From: Zoogloeaceae bacterium
Lineage (GTDB): Bacteria > Pseudomonadota > Gammaproteobacteria > Burkholderiales > Rhodocyclaceae
Assembly (NCBI GenBank): GCA_031267345.1
Contig: JAIRZG010000162.1
Location: 1-42,620, forward strand
Reading direction: 5' to 3'
DNA length: 42,620 nucleotides
The notes beneath the pieces were generated by a model. The model did not search any database and was not told the DNA's origin. It saw only the letters and a program-made list of their open reading frames with translations. Numbering within the stretch: the first letter of the stretch is position 1; the number at the start of each line of letters is the position of its first letter. A program made the position numbers and the translations under genes. This document shows positions 17,482 to 27,869 of this stretch, piece by piece.

Positions 17482-18194
17482 AAATTTACCACTTTCGCCA
17501 GAATTTCCTTCACAAAATCCGGCATGTTTTTTCCTGCGGACTGCGCATTTTCCTTTAAATGCTCATAAGCCGAAATTTCTGCGCCCTGCCAAATCAGATC
17601 AAGCCGACGAACTTGTCGCATCACCACATGCCGACAGGATTCCGGGAATGCCCAGTAACACGTCAGACAAAGCGTTCTGTCTTTCGCGGTTTTCCAGTTC
17701 TCGCAATGTTCGCATGACCAGGATTTTGCCCGGTTTGCCGAAGCGCACAAGAGCATGAAATCTTCCACATGAAGTTCGTCAGCCTCTCCTGCTATCTCGT
17801 AAGGAATCCTGTGGTCTATCTGCAAATCCCTGTATTCCATTTCTTCCAGATAAATAAAACAGCGACAACCATATTGCGCGACCAGTTTGTCCTTGATTGC
17901 CTTGGACAATCCTGTACGTCCATCAAAACATCGAAAACGGATATTACCCATATCTTCAAAGCAATAAGCAGCAATTTTTCGTCCGTCAGGACCGGTCACG
18001 CGTATGGTTTTGAGCGGAACGCCTCTTTCCCGCGCATCACGGGCAGCGCGGGGCGGATGGTTGTAACCGTAAAGTGTTTTGAGTTCATCGGTCGTGATCT
18101 GACCGTGTTTGAGTATATGCTCAATAACTGTCCTTGGACGTTTATCCGTAATGGAAGCGCACAGATCAAGGAATACTTTTGAGTATTTTGTCAT
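17478..18194 (-). CDS. HNH type II restriction endonuclease, SphI-like
   Basis: GYNHPPRAARD, GPDGRK, LQIDHRIPY, EDFMLLCASANRAKSWSCEHCENW match my recollection of R.SphI; adjacent to an adenine methyltransferase. Confidence 0.8.
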   Translation of the reverse strand: MTKYSKVFLDLCASITDKRPRTVIEHILKHGQITTDELKTLYGYNHPPRAARDARERGVPLKTIRVTGPDGRKIAAYCFEDMGNIRFRCFDGRTGLSKAIKDKLVAQYGCRCFIYLEEMEYRDLQIDHRIPYEIAGEADELHVEDFMLLCASANRAKSWSCEHCENWKTAKDRTLCLTCYWAFPESCRHVVMRQVRRLDLIWQGAEISAYEHLKENAQSAGKNMPDFVKEILAKVVNL

Positions 18195-19120
18195 ATTGGC
18201 AAGGCAGGGGAAAACAAGGACGATGGTATCTTTTGTTGTCCTCGCGCAAGATTATGCATGTTTGCGCCCAGGTTTATTTCCTCGGCGAGTGAACGCGAAA
18301 GATAAATTGACTCCATTGTCATGGCATTGCGCCCTAGAAGCGTTGCCTGCGCAGAACGTCCCGCCTTAATTTCTACATGTGTTAAATCAAGGGCGGCAGG
18401 CAATGCCTTGCCATAATGCTGCCCGCCCAGGCGTCCATCGTAGCTCAGCAGAAAACGAATGCCGCGTTCATTGAGTTGCGTGAGCGCGTCGACAAAATCT
18501 TCAAATACGATACCGCTGAAATAACGCGCGTCCCGTTCGCCGCATACGCCCTGATAGGGCGGATCCATATAAACGACATCGGTCGGCTGGCAGTCGACCA
18601 ACACTTCATGATAATCCCGCGCCGTTACCAAAGCGCGTCCGCAAAGCAGCGTGGAAACCGCCATCAGGTTGTGACGCAAGGTTTGCGGACGCGTCCCCAA
18701 ACGGCGTTTGTCGGGGCTTTGATTAAACAGGCCATTCGCGTTGTAACGCACTGCGCCCTTGACACAACGCGCCAACAGATAAAGCAGCAAGAACGGATCG
18801 CGGGTGCGATTAAAATCCTCACGGACGCAATAATAGTGCGTCAGCGCCATTTCGGATTGATCGCGCCAAAAGGACTGATACGCATCCGCGACCTTTTCAG
18901 GGTGATGAATAATCTGCCGCAACAATTCCGCAAGCGGTTGATTGCAGTCATTCAGCCAATATCGCGCCGCGCTCCCCTTGAGCGCGCAGGCAATGGAAAG
19001 CGCCGCCGATCCCGCAAAAGGCTCAACCAGTCGCGGCATTCCGGAAGGCAGGTAGCGCAAAATCGTTGCCGCCAGAAGGCGTTTGCTACCCTGATATTGA
19101 AAGGGTTGCGGCGCTTTCAT
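18191..19120 (-). CDS. N6-adenine DNA methyltransferase (Dam/D12 class)
   Basis: PFQYQGSKR, VEPFAGSAA, VYMDPPY; start at ATG 19120 just after the ftsH stop. Confidence 0.9.
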   Translation of the reverse strand: MKAPQPFQYQGSKRLLAATILRYLPSGMPRLVEPFAGSAALSIACALKGSAARYWLNDCNQPLAELLRQIIHHPEKVADAYQSFWRDQSEMALTHYYCVREDFNRTRDPFLLLYLLARCVKGAVRYNANGLFNQSPDKRRLGTRPQTLRHNLMAVSTLLCGRALVTARDYHEVLVDCQPTDVVYMDPPYQGVCGERDARYFSGIVFEDFVDALTQLNERGIRFLLSYDGRLGGQHYGKALPAALDLTHVEIKAGRSAQATLLGRNAMTMESIYLSRSLAEEINLGANMHNLARGQQKIPSSLFSPALPI

Positions 19121-19125
19121 TGCCT

Positions 19126-21027
19126 TCACGCCGCCGCAGGCGCGTTGGGCGCGGCTTTGGGGGCGCCGTCCTTGCCGTCCTTGTCGCTTTGCGGCGCGGC
19201 TTGGCTCATGCTGGGCTTGGGCGGGCGCGGCGAGCGGTTTTCCATGATGTCGTCGATTTGTTCGGCATCCAGGGTTTCCCATTCCAGCAGCGCCCTGGTC
19301 ATGGCCTCCACCTTGTCGCGGTTGTCTTCCAGGATTTTGCGCGCCAGCGCGTATTGCTGGTCGATGATACGGCGAATTTCGGCGTCCACCCGTTGCATGG
19401 TGGCTTCGGAAACATTCTTGTGCTGAGTGACGGAACGCCCCAGAAACACCTCGCCTTCGTTTTCGCCATAGACCATCACCCCCAGATCGTCGGACATGCC
19501 ATAGCGCGTCACCATGTCGCGCGCCATCGCCGTGGCGCGTTCAAAGTCGTTGGAAGCGCCGGTGGTCATCTGGTTCATGAATACTTCTTCGGCAATGCGC
19601 CCACCGAACATCACGGCGATGCGCGACAGCAGATATTCCTTGTCATAGGCATAGCGATCCTGTTCCGGCAGTTGCATGGTCAGTCCCAGGGCGCGACCGC
19701 GCGGGATGATGGTGACTTTATGCACCGGGTCGGATTTGGGCGTCAGGCGCGCGACGACGGCGTGACCGGATTCATGATAGGCCGTGTTCAGCTTTTCTTC
19801 CTCGGTCATGACCATGGAGCGACGTTCCGCGCCCATCATGATTTTGTCCTTGGCGCGTTCAAAGTCTTCCATATCGACCAGCCGCTTGTTGCCGCGCGCG
19901 GCAAAGAGGGCGGCTTCATTCACCAGATTGGCGAGATCCGCGCCGGAAAAACCCGGTGTGCCGCGGGCGATGATGTCGGCCTTGACATCTTCATGCGCCG
20001 GAACTTTCCGCATATGCACCAGCAAAATCTGCTCGCGTCCGCGAATATCCGGCAACGGCACCACCACCTGGCGGTCAAAGCGACCGGGGCGCAACAGCGC
20101 CGGATCCAGAATGTCGGGGCGGTTGGTGGCGGCAATGACGATGATGCTGGTCTGTCCTTCGAAGCCGTCCATTTCCACCAGAAGCTGGTTCAGCGTCTGT
20201 TCGCGCTCGTCGTTGCCGCCGCCCAGACCCGCGCCGCGATGCCGCCCCACGGCGTCGATTTCGTCGATGAAAACGATGCAGGGCGCCTGCTTTTTGGCGT
20301 TCTCGAACATGTCGCGCACTCTGGCCGCGCCAACGCCGACGAACATTTCCACAAAGTCGGAGCCGGAAATGCTGGAGAACGGCACCTTGGCCTCGCCCGC
20401 GATGGCTCTGGCCAGCAGGGTTTTGCCGGTGCCGGGGTTGCCCACCAGCAACACGCCCTTGGGGATGCGTCCGCCGAGTTTCTGGAATTTGCTGGGGTCT
20501 TTCAGAAAGTCCACCAGTTCCTGCACTTCTTCCTTGGCTTCGTCGCAACCGGCGACATCGGCGAAAGTGACGGCGTTCTGGCGTTCATCCATCAGCTTGG
20601 CGCGCGACTTGCCAAAGGAAAACGCCCCACGTCCGCCGCCCTGCATCTGGCGCATGAAAAACACCCAGACGCCAATCAGCAGCAGCATGGGGAACCAGTT
20701 GATGAAGATGCTCATCAACAGCGACGGTTCTTCATCCGCCTTGACCTCGAATTTGACGTTGTATTTGAGCAGGTCGTTGATCAGCCACAGGTCACTCGCG
20801 GCAACGGTGGTGATTTGCCTGCCGTCCGTGGTGGTGGCCTTGAGCTTGTTGTTCTCGATGACGACCTTGTTGATGCGTCCGTTCCTGACTTCGGCGAGAA
20901 ACTGCGAATACTCCACCGTTTCCGTGCCCGCAGTCTGCATGGACACATTGCTGAACTGGTTGAATACCGTGATCAGCACCAGCAAAATGACTACCCACAC
21001 CAATAAACCTCTGAACATATTGTTCAA
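19126..21027 (-). CDS. ftsH: ATP-dependent zinc metalloprotease FtsH
   Basis: Two TMs, [21 protein letters not shown]. Confidence 0.98.
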   Translation of the reverse strand: MNNMFRGLLVWVVILLVLITVFNQFSNVSMQTAGTETVEYSQFLAEVRNGRINKVVIENNKLKATTTDGRQITTVAASDLWLINDLLKYNVKFEVKADEEPSLLMSIFINWFPMLLLIGVWVFFMRQMQGGGRGAFSFGKSRAKLMDERQNAVTFADVAGCDEAKEEVQELVDFLKDPSKFQKLGGRIPKGVLLVGNPGTGKTLLARAIAGEAKVPFSSISGSDFVEMFVGVGAARVRDMFENAKKQAPCIVFIDEIDAVGRHRGAGLGGGNDEREQTLNQLLVEMDGFEGQTSIIVIAATNRPDILDPALLRPGRFDRQVVVPLPDIRGREQILLVHMRKVPAHEDVKADIIARGTPGFSGADLANLVNEAALFAARGNKRLVDMEDFERAKDKIMMGAERRSMVMTEEEKLNTAYHESGHAVVARLTPKSDPVHKVTIIPRGRALGLTMQLPEQDRYAYDKEYLLSRIAVMFGGRIAEEVFMNQMTTGASNDFERATAMARDMVTRYGMSDDLGVMVYGENEGEVFLGRSVTQHKNVSEATMQRVDAEIRRIIDQQYALARKILEDNRDKVEAMTRALLEWETLDAEQIDDIMENRSPRPPKPSMSQAAPQSDKDGKDGAPKAAPNAPAAA

Positions 21028-21218
21028 TCTTTTCTCCTTACAACGCCCCGTCGGGCTTACGGCAAAGGTGAAATTTTAATGGCAATCCGGGATTCGGGAT
21101 CGGAAAAAATACCTGCGACAAAATCGCGGCTCCATCCGTTCTGCCTTTGCCGCAGACGAAAATCCCGTCCGCAAGGGTAAAATATCCGTTTTCCCATCAA
21201 TCCGCGCAAAGGAATCTC

Positions 21219-21710
21219 ATGGACAAGGCACAAGACGGCGCGCGTCCCTTCAAGGTGCTGGGCATTCAGCAAATCGCCATTGGCGGCGTTTCCAAGGAAA
21301 GGCTCAAGACCCTGTGGGTGGATAAGCTGGGTCTGGCGCTCACCGGAACGTTTCAAAGCGAGCGGGAAAACGTGGATGAGGACATCTGCGCCATCGGCAG
21401 CGGCCCCTTCAAGGTGGAAGTCGATCTGATGCAACCGGTGGACGCGGAAAAAAAACCTGCTGTCCATGCCACGCCCCTGAATCATGTCGGGTTGTGGATC
21501 GATGACCTGCCGCGCGCTGTGACATGGCTGACGGCAAACGGCGTGCGTTTTGCGCCCGGCGGCATCAGGAAAGGCGCGGCAGGCTTCGACATCTGTTTTT
21601 TGCACCCCAAAGGCAACGGGGAATTCCCCGTCAGCGGCGAAGGCGTGTTGATTGAACTGGTGCAAGCGCCGCCGGAAGTGATCCATGCCTTCGCCCGACT
21701 CGTCGGCTGA
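21219..21710 (+). CDS. VOC family protein (methylmalonyl-CoA epimerase/glyoxalase-like)
   Basis: [30 protein letters not shown]. Confidence 0.85.
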   Translation: MDKAQDGARPFKVLGIQQIAIGGVSKERLKTLWVDKLGLALTGTFQSERENVDEDICAIGSGPFKVEVDLMQPVDAEKKPAVHATPLNHVGLWIDDLPRAVTWLTANGVRFAPGGIRKGAAGFDICFLHPKGNGEFPVSGEGVLIELVQAPPEVIHAFARLVG

Positions 21711-22974
21711 CGCCAGCCCTGCGTCTGTTCCCGCGCCGCCCGTTCCGGCGGCGGGATTAAACTTGCGCGCCACTTATCAAAAGGGGCTGCTGGCCTGGCT
21801 GAAAACGCCGGAAGAAGCGGCGGGACAGGCGGGGCTGGAAAGCATGTTGCAGGCGTTGAAAGCGCAATGCGCCGCCGTGACGCTGGACAAGGCGGCGAAT
21901 TTTGTGGCGGCTGCGGCCTTGCTGGGGGCGATTCGTGACCAGCGCCTTACCCTCCTGCCGGAATATCGGCGTCTGGCGACAAAGGTCGAACAGGCGTTCA
22001 AGAAGGACGCGCCTGACGCCACCCTGCTCGCCGCGCTGGAAGCGCCCTTGCGTCAACTGGTCACGCCCGCCGTTGCAACCGTCGAAGCCCCCGCGCATTC
22101 CCGCGATCCCCTGGCGGCCACGCTGGAAGCCACCCAGTCCATCCTGCCGCTGGTGGCGCGTCCGCGCGAGCCGCGTTTTTCCACAACGCAGCGGGCGCTC
22201 TGGGATAACGCGGTCGAAGCCATGGGTCTGGCCTGGGCCAACTGTCGCGCCGCGCCGGATGAAGTCGACTGGTCGCCGTTGCGCCAATCTCTGTTCAAGC
22301 TGCTGGATGGCGCGCTGGTGTTGGCGCATGCCGCACCCCTGCATCTGGCGGAAGCCTTGGCGGTCGCTACGGATACGCTGGAGACCACGCCGCCCACGGC
22401 GCGTCTGTTGACCACGCTGGACGCCGTACTGGAGCTTTTACAGGAAAAGGATTTTCTTGAGCACGACGCGCTGACAGCGCGGGTCGAACAATTGATTGTG
22501 CGTCTGGAACGCCGCGACGAAGGCGTGCGTTCGCGTCCGCTGGACACCCTGTTTGTCCGCGAGGCGCAAGAAGAAATCGGGCAGATGCGACGCGCGCAAT
22601 CCGCCGTGCCGCCTGACCGCGCCGCGATCGCCCAGTCTGCCCGTCATCTCCGGCAACTGGCGGAACCGCTGGATCTCGCGCCGCTGGTCTGGGCGACCTT
22701 CCGCTTTGCCCAAATCGTGCCGATCCTTGACCCGCTCTGGCTGGATCACACGCCGGGTTACGACATCCTGCAAGGCTGGATCGACTGCATGGAACGCTGG
22801 ATTCACGCCATCGACGCCGGACACGCATCCGCCTCTTCCACGCCGCCCGTGGAACTGGCGCACTGGCAGGCGCGATTGCAGGCGGGCGACAAGTTGCCGG
22901 AAAACGAATCCGCGCCCGGACCCGCGCCGGAGAACGCCGAAACCGGCGTCCTGCCCGCCGCCTCCGCAGATTGA
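21685..22974 (+). CDS. Helical protein resembling a ChpA/CheA N-terminal region with a degenerate Hpt-like bundle
   Basis: [12 protein letters not shown] and LFVREAQE motifs recall ChpA; no kinase domain. Long ORF with host-like codon usage between operon genes. Confidence 0.5.
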   Translation: MPSPDSSADASPASVPAPPVPAAGLNLRATYQKGLLAWLKTPEEAAGQAGLESMLQALKAQCAAVTLDKAANFVAAAALLGAIRDQRLTLLPEYRRLATKVEQAFKKDAPDATLLAALEAPLRQLVTPAVATVEAPAHSRDPLAATLEATQSILPLVARPREPRFSTTQRALWDNAVEAMGLAWANCRAAPDEVDWSPLRQSLFKLLDGALVLAHAAPLHLAEALAVATDTLETTPPTARLLTTLDAVLELLQEKDFLEHDALTARVEQLIVRLERRDEGVRSRPLDTLFVREAQEEIGQMRRAQSAVPPDRAAIAQSARHLRQLAEPLDLAPLVWATFRFAQIVPILDPLWLDHTPGYDILQGWIDCMERWIHAIDAGHASASSTPPVELAHWQARLQAGDKLPENESAPGPAPENAETGVLPAASAD

Positions 22975-23351
22975 CGCGCATGTGGCTTGCGTTCCTGCGC
23001 CCCGGCGACCTAGCCTTGATGCTTCTGGTGGCGGCGGGGACGGCGTTGTGTTTTCCGCTCTTCTGGCAGGGCGGCGCGGGCGACAAGCTGGTAATCCGGC
23101 AGGAAGGCGCGTTGTTTCTGGAAGCGGACTTGCAAACGCCACGCGAGATTCGGGTTCCCGGCCCTTTGGGCGAGACGCGCATTGCGGTGGAAAAGGGACG
23201 CGCCCGCGTGGTGTCCGATCCCGGCCCGCGCCAATACTGTGTGCGCCAGGGCTGGCTTTCGCGCGCCGGAGAAATCGCCATTTGCGCGCCCAATCGCGTC
23301 AGCCTCGTCATCACTGGAAAAAATGCGCCTTATGATTCCCTCAATTATTGA
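22971..23351 (+). CDS. NusG domain II-containing protein
   Basis: N-terminal TM; VPGPLGET, PGPRQYCVRQGWL, AICAPNRV. Confidence 0.85.
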   Translation: MTRMWLAFLRPGDLALMLLVAAGTALCFPLFWQGGAGDKLVIRQEGALFLEADLQTPREIRVPGPLGETRIAVEKGRARVVSDPGPRQYCVRQGWLSRAGEIAICAPNRVSLVITGKNAPYDSLNY

Positions 23352-23865
23352 ACTCAAGGTCGACGCCGACGATCGACGTATCGCCCGCCTCGCGGCGGCG
23401 GCAGTCGGACTTTCGCTGGTGGACGCGGCGATTCCGCTGCCTTTGCCGGGGGTCAAGCCGGGTCTGGCCAATATCGTGGCGCTGCTGGCGCTGGCGCGTT
23501 ACGGCTGGAAAAGCGCGGCCTGGGTGAGCGGCCTGCGTGTGGTCGCGGGGTCGTTGCTGCTGGGACAATTCCTTGCGCCGGGATTTTTTTTGAGCCTTGC
23601 GGGCGCGATTTTCAGTCTGGCGGCGCTGGCGCTGGCGCAATACCTGCCCCGCCGCTGGTTCGGACTGGTCAGCTGGAGCCTGCTGGCGAGTTTCGCCCAT
23701 ATTGCCGGACAGGTTTTGCTGGCGCGGCTCTGGCTGATTCCGCATGATGGCGTCTTCCGCCTGACGCCGGTTTTCGCCCTCGCCGCGCTGGTCTTTGGCG
23801 TCATCAACGGCTTGATTGCCTGCCGTTTGCAACAGGAATCCGTAATGGAAAAATCCATCCCATGA
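23332..23865 (+). CDS. Gx transporter / heptaprenyl diphosphate synthase component I family membrane protein
   Basis: IPLPLPGVKPGLANIV, FFLSLAGA, FAHIAGQ. Confidence 0.85.
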   Translation: MIPSIIELKVDADDRRIARLAAAAVGLSLVDAAIPLPLPGVKPGLANIVALLALARYGWKSAAWVSGLRVVAGSLLLGQFLAPGFFLSLAGAIFSLAALALAQYLPRRWFGLVSWSLLASFAHIAGQVLLARLWLIPHDGVFRLTPVFALAALVFGVINGLIACRLQQESVMEKSIP

Positions 23866-25250
23866 GCAAAAACAAAACCGTTTACCTGTGTAGCGAATGT
23901 GGCGCGGACTCGCCCAAGTGGCAGGGGCAATGTCCGGGCTGCGGCGCGTGGAACACGCTGGTGGAAAGCGTGGCGGAAGCAAAATCCGCCGCCCATCGAC
24001 GCTTCCAGTCGTTAACGCCTGCCGTAAAAGCGCAACCGCTGGCGGAAATTGAAGCGCATGAAGCCACGCGTCTGTCGACCGGCATCCGCGAATTTGACCG
24101 TCCGTTGGGCGGCGGTCTGGTGGCGGGTGGCGTGGTGCTGATCGGCGGCGATCCCGGCATCGGCAAAAGCACCTTGCTGTTGCAAACCCTGGCGAAGCTC
24201 TCGGAACGCGTGGACGCGCTGTACATCAGCGGCGAGGAATCCGGCGAACAGGTGGCGCTGCGCGCGCGGCGACTGGGGATTTCCGCCAGCCGCCTGAAAC
24301 TCCTGACGGAAATCAATCTGGAAAAAATCCTCGCCCTGCTGAAAAGCGGGCGTCCGGAAGTAGCGGTAGTCGATTCCATCCAGACCCTGTGGTCGGAGCA
24401 ACTCAATTCCGCGCCGGGGTCGGTGGCGCAGGTGCGCGAATGCGCCGCGCAGCTTACCCGACTGGCAAAGCAGCTTGCTATCACCATCATTTTGGTCGGA
24501 CACGTCACCAAGGAAGGCGCGCTTGCCGGGCCACGCGTCCTCGAACACATCGTCGACACCGTGTTGTATTTCGAAGGCGACGCCCATTCCAGCTTTCGCC
24601 TGATTCGCGCCTTCAAGAACCGTTTTGGCGCGGTCAATGAACTGGGCGTGTTCGCCATGACCGAAACGGGACTGAAAAGCGTCGACAACCCTTCCGCGCT
24701 GTTTTTGTCGCAGCACGACCGCGATGTGCCCGGCACGGTGATACTGGTGACGCAGGAAGGCGCGCGCCCGCTGCTGGTGGAGATTCAGGCGCTGGTCGAC
24801 AGCGCGCACGGCAATCCGCGCCGCCTCACGGTCGGTCTGGACGCGCAGCGACTGGCGATGCTGCTGGCGGTGCTGCATCGCCACGCGGGCATTGCCTGTT
24901 TTGATCAGGATGTGTTCATCAACGCCGTGGGCGGCGTGCGTATCATTGAGCCTGCCGCCGACCTTGCCGTGGCGCTGGCCATCGTCTCCTCCCTGAAAAA
25001 CCGGGCGCTGCCGGACAAACTCATCGTCTTTGGCGAAGTCGGTCTGGCGGGCGAAATCCGCCCCGCGCCACGCGGTCAGGAACGCCTGAGAGAAGCCGCC
25101 AAACTCGGCTTCACCCACGCCATCATCCCCAAAGCCAATCTCCCCCGCCACCCCATTTCCGGCATCACCGTGACCGGCGTGGCGCGCATCGACGAGGCGG
25201 TAGCATGTATCGGCAGGCCCATTGCGTACGCGCCTGTCGCAAACAGTTGA
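23862..25250 (+). CDS. radA: DNA repair protein RadA/Sms
   Basis: C4 zinc finger, GDPGIGKST, KNRFG. Confidence 0.97.
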   Translation: MSKNKTVYLCSECGADSPKWQGQCPGCGAWNTLVESVAEAKSAAHRRFQSLTPAVKAQPLAEIEAHEATRLSTGIREFDRPLGGGLVAGGVVLIGGDPGIGKSTLLLQTLAKLSERVDALYISGEESGEQVALRARRLGISASRLKLLTEINLEKILALLKSGRPEVAVVDSIQTLWSEQLNSAPGSVAQVRECAAQLTRLAKQLAITIILVGHVTKEGALAGPRVLEHIVDTVLYFEGDAHSSFRLIRAFKNRFGAVNELGVFAMTETGLKSVDNPSALFLSQHDRDVPGTVILVTQEGARPLLVEIQALVDSAHGNPRRLTVGLDAQRLAMLLAVLHRHAGIACFDQDVFINAVGGVRIIEPAADLAVALAIVSSLKNRALPDKLIVFGEVGLAGEIRPAPRGQERLREAAKLGFTHAIIPKANLPRHPISGITVTGVARIDEAVACIGRPIAYAPVANS

Positions 25251-25358
25251 AAGAACTCGTTTGCATTCAGGCATTTATGACATGATATTGGAAACCCCAA
25301 GCGAATCGGGTTTACTCCCGATTTTTATCGGGAAGCGACATGACACAATTGCCCTGGA

Positions 25359-25847
25359 TCATTGAAGCGGCAACGCCGCTTTATCAACCACCCGGCGTAG
25401 CACGAAGCTGGTGTGTACGCCGCTTACGCCGGGGATGCGGGTGATGCGGTCGAGAAGCAGGGCGCGGTAGTTTTCCATGTCGGCGACCACGACTTTCAAT
25501 TGATAATCGGCGTCCTGTCCGGTAATCAGCAGGCATTCGATGATTTCGGGAATCGCCGCTACCGCCGCTTCAAAGCCCGCGAAACGCTCCGGCGTGTGCG
25601 TGTCCATCGAGATGTGAAGCAGCGCCATCAGCGCAAAGCCCAGTTTTTGCGCGTCCAGTCGGGCGTGGTAGCCGCAGATGAGGCCTGCTTCTTCCAGCGC
25701 GCGCACCCGACGCAGACAGGGCGCGGCGGAAAGGCCAATGCGCTCCGCCAGATCCTGATTGCTGATGCGGCCTTCCTGTTGCAGGATTTCCAGAATCCTG
25801 CGGTCGTAACGGTCAAGCGCGCGATCAAGCATGGGGGTTTTGGGCAT
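25359..25847 (-). CDS. Lrp/AsnC family regulator
   Basis: LDRYDRRILEILQQEGRISN, CLRRVRALE, ITGQDADY. Confidence 0.92.
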   Translation of the reverse strand: MPKTPMLDRALDRYDRRILEILQQEGRISNQDLAERIGLSAAPCLRRVRALEEAGLICGYHARLDAQKLGFALMALLHISMDTHTPERFAGFEAAVAAIPEIIECLLITGQDADYQLKVVVADMENYRALLLDRITRIPGVSGVHTSFVLRRVVDKAALPLQ

Positions 25848-25853
25848 GATCTG

Positions 25854-25929
25854 AAATTTTATTGCTTGATTGAAATGGATATCGCAATTTTATTCTTTAA
25901 TTCGTCTTTGCTACACAGAATACGCAAGC
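25854..25929 (+). repeat. Direct repeat copy 1 of the lrp/leuA intergenic sequence
   Basis: 66/76 identical (hand count, ungapped) to 27734-27809. Confidence 0.85.
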
Positions 25930-26069
25930 GTTTTCCCCACCGCTTCAGAGATGAATCTGATAGCCTTTCACATAATCGGTAACGGCGATACGCAGATTGC
26001 CGCTACTGGCGGAATGCCTGCCGATATTGTGGGCGCCGCTCCGTCAAAAAGTGTGGCCTGGCGTGAGAT

Positions 26070-26106
26070 AAAAAGTGCGCCCACGAGGGGAGAGGAAGAC
26101 GGGCGC
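26070..26106 (-). terminator. Terminator hairpin with CU-rich loop
   Basis: Minus strand GCGCCC-GTCTTCCTCTCCCCTCGT-GGGCGC-ACTTTTT. Confidence 0.55.
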
Positions 26107-26130
26107 CATACATCGCAAACGTATCAGTCA

Positions 26131-26367
26131 TCATTTTATCGCGATAACCTCGGCGGACTTGATGACTTCCTCCTTGTCATATTGCCCTTCCAGATTTTGT
26201 CGGATGCGTGTGCAATTCCAGCCGACGATCTGAAAGAGGGATTGCCGCACCTTGATGCGTTGTTCGGGGTTCGTTTGTTGCGCAGACTGGGCAAACGCAC
26301 CGACGGAAACGCCAATACACAACAGGGACAACAGGGTTATCCGGGATTTCTTGAGCAATCGTTTCAT
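26131..26367 (-). pseudogene. Truncated cytochrome c'-like gene
   Basis: SD AAGGAG, signal peptide and PEQRIKVRQSLF...W.....I of cyt c' helix A; ends at 78 aa with no C-terminal CxxCH. Confidence 0.6.
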
Positions 26368-26488
26368 GGATTCTCCTTACGTTGTAAAAAGTTGAAAATG
26401 GCGATTGGGTTGGGACGGAACCTATCTGTCCGCCATCTGCCCGAAGATTGGGCGCAATTCCATGCGTTTTGCATGAGGCCGGAAGTTT

Positions 26489-27454
26489 TTACTTGGCGCG
26501 TCCGGCAAAGCCCGCCGCGTCCAGCTTGATGCGGTAGGCTGCGCCGCGACCGACGATGTAGAGGGTTTTTTTGTCCGCTCCGGCAAAGGCCAGATTTTGC
26601 GGTTTGCGCGGTAACGCAATGACGCCCAGCGCCTCGCCCTTGGCGCTGAAAATCTCGATGCCCGCATTGCTCGCGACATACAAGCGCCCTGCGCCATCAA
26701 TCGCCAGGCCGTCCGCCCCGCTGGAAAAACTGCCGTTTTCGCCCTTGCTCCAGCCCTTCAGTCGGGCGAAGTTGCGGCGCGCGCCGATTTTGCCGTTGCT
26801 GCTCAGGTCATAGGCGAGCACATGTTCGCCCAGCGTGTTGGCGACATAGAGGATGCTTTCGTCGGGATTCAACTGGATGCCGTTGGGGCGCTCGATGCCT
26901 TCAATCACCCGTTCCAGCTTGTCGTTGCGAATCCGGTATACGCCGGGTGTGGCGCGGGGCGGATCGCCCGCTTTTTGCTCAACGCCGGGATCAGTGAAGA
27001 AAATACCGGCTTTCAGTCCGACGACCAGATCGTTGGGACGCCCGAACGGCAAACCCTGATACTGTTCCGCCAAAACCTTTGCCTTGGCGTGAGGTGCGAT
27101 GATGCCCACTTTCGGGGCGATCGTCTGTACGGAAACCAGTTCTCCGGCGGCGGTCAATCCGAGACCGTTGGAGCCGTTGGTATTTTCCAGATAGCTGGAA
27201 ATGCCGCCATCGGCGGCAATACGGGTGATGCGGTTATCCCGTGTTTCGGTGAAGATAAAACTGCCATCCGCCAGACCCAACGGCCCTTCCGTCCCCTTAA
27301 ACCCATCCTTGATGAACTCGATGCGGACGCCCGCCCGCGCCACGCAGGGGATGTCTTTTTCGATTTTGGTTTCCGCTTCCTGCGCCAGCAAGGGTTGAGC
27401 GGCAAGGCAGAACAGGACGGCGAGCCAGTGGGGAAATTTCAGAGTGGAGGACAT
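26489..27454 (-). CDS. SMP-30/gluconolactonase family protein (secreted)
   Basis: TEGP, SNGL, RPNDL, RPNGI, ADGLAID. Confidence 0.9.
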   Translation of the reverse strand: MSSTLKFPHWLAVLFCLAAQPLLAQEAETKIEKDIPCVARAGVRIEFIKDGFKGTEGPLGLADGSFIFTETRDNRITRIAADGGISSYLENTNGSNGLGLTAAGELVSVQTIAPKVGIIAPHAKAKVLAEQYQGLPFGRPNDLVVGLKAGIFFTDPGVEQKAGDPPRATPGVYRIRNDKLERVIEGIERPNGIQLNPDESILYVANTLGEHVLAYDLSSNGKIGARRNFARLKGWSKGENGSFSSGADGLAIDGAGRLYVASNAGIEIFSAKGEALGVIALPRKPQNLAFAGADKKTLYIVGRGAAYRIKLDAAGFAGRAK

Positions 27455-27733
27455 GTTGATTACGCTTTCAGGGCAAAAAGAAGCTGCCTTTTCCGCAACA
27501 AACATGCCAATAAAAATCGCGGCGCAAATCGCGCAGCGACAAGGGGTAAAGGAATCCGGCAGCGCATGACCCTGTTGCGTATGCAGCAACGTTTGGCGCT
27601 CTTGTTCCTACAGCAACCCCGCCCGTGTTGAGTTTCAAGCGGTTGTTTCCTCCGATACGGGAATGTGGGCAGACAGGCGACGCGCCCGCCGCGGTTGGCG
27701 TAGCTTCCGGCATAGTCCCAATGCACCCCGTAC

Positions 27734-27809
27734 AAATTTTATTGCTTTATTTAAATGAATATCGCAATTTTATTTTTTAATTCATCTTTTACGCACAAAA
27801 TACGCAAGC
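27734..27809 (+). repeat. Direct repeat copy 2, in the leuA upstream region
   Basis: Matches 25854-25929 at an offset of 1880 bp. Confidence 0.85.
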
Positions 27810-27869
27810 ACCTTTCCCGTCATTTTCTTTAGCATATCCTTCTGAAATCTTGACGAAAAGGAAAGCCTC

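Noticed and set aside
19066-21079. Long antisense ORFs over ftsH (also over MFS, radA, leuA, bepA, ispB)
   Set aside because: Typical shadow frames of GC-rich genes; the opposite strand carries unambiguous conserved proteins.
27460-27735. Minus-strand 91-aa ORF upstream of the gluconolactonase
   Set aside because: Possibly a gene fragment at the insertion edge, but nothing recognisable supports it.
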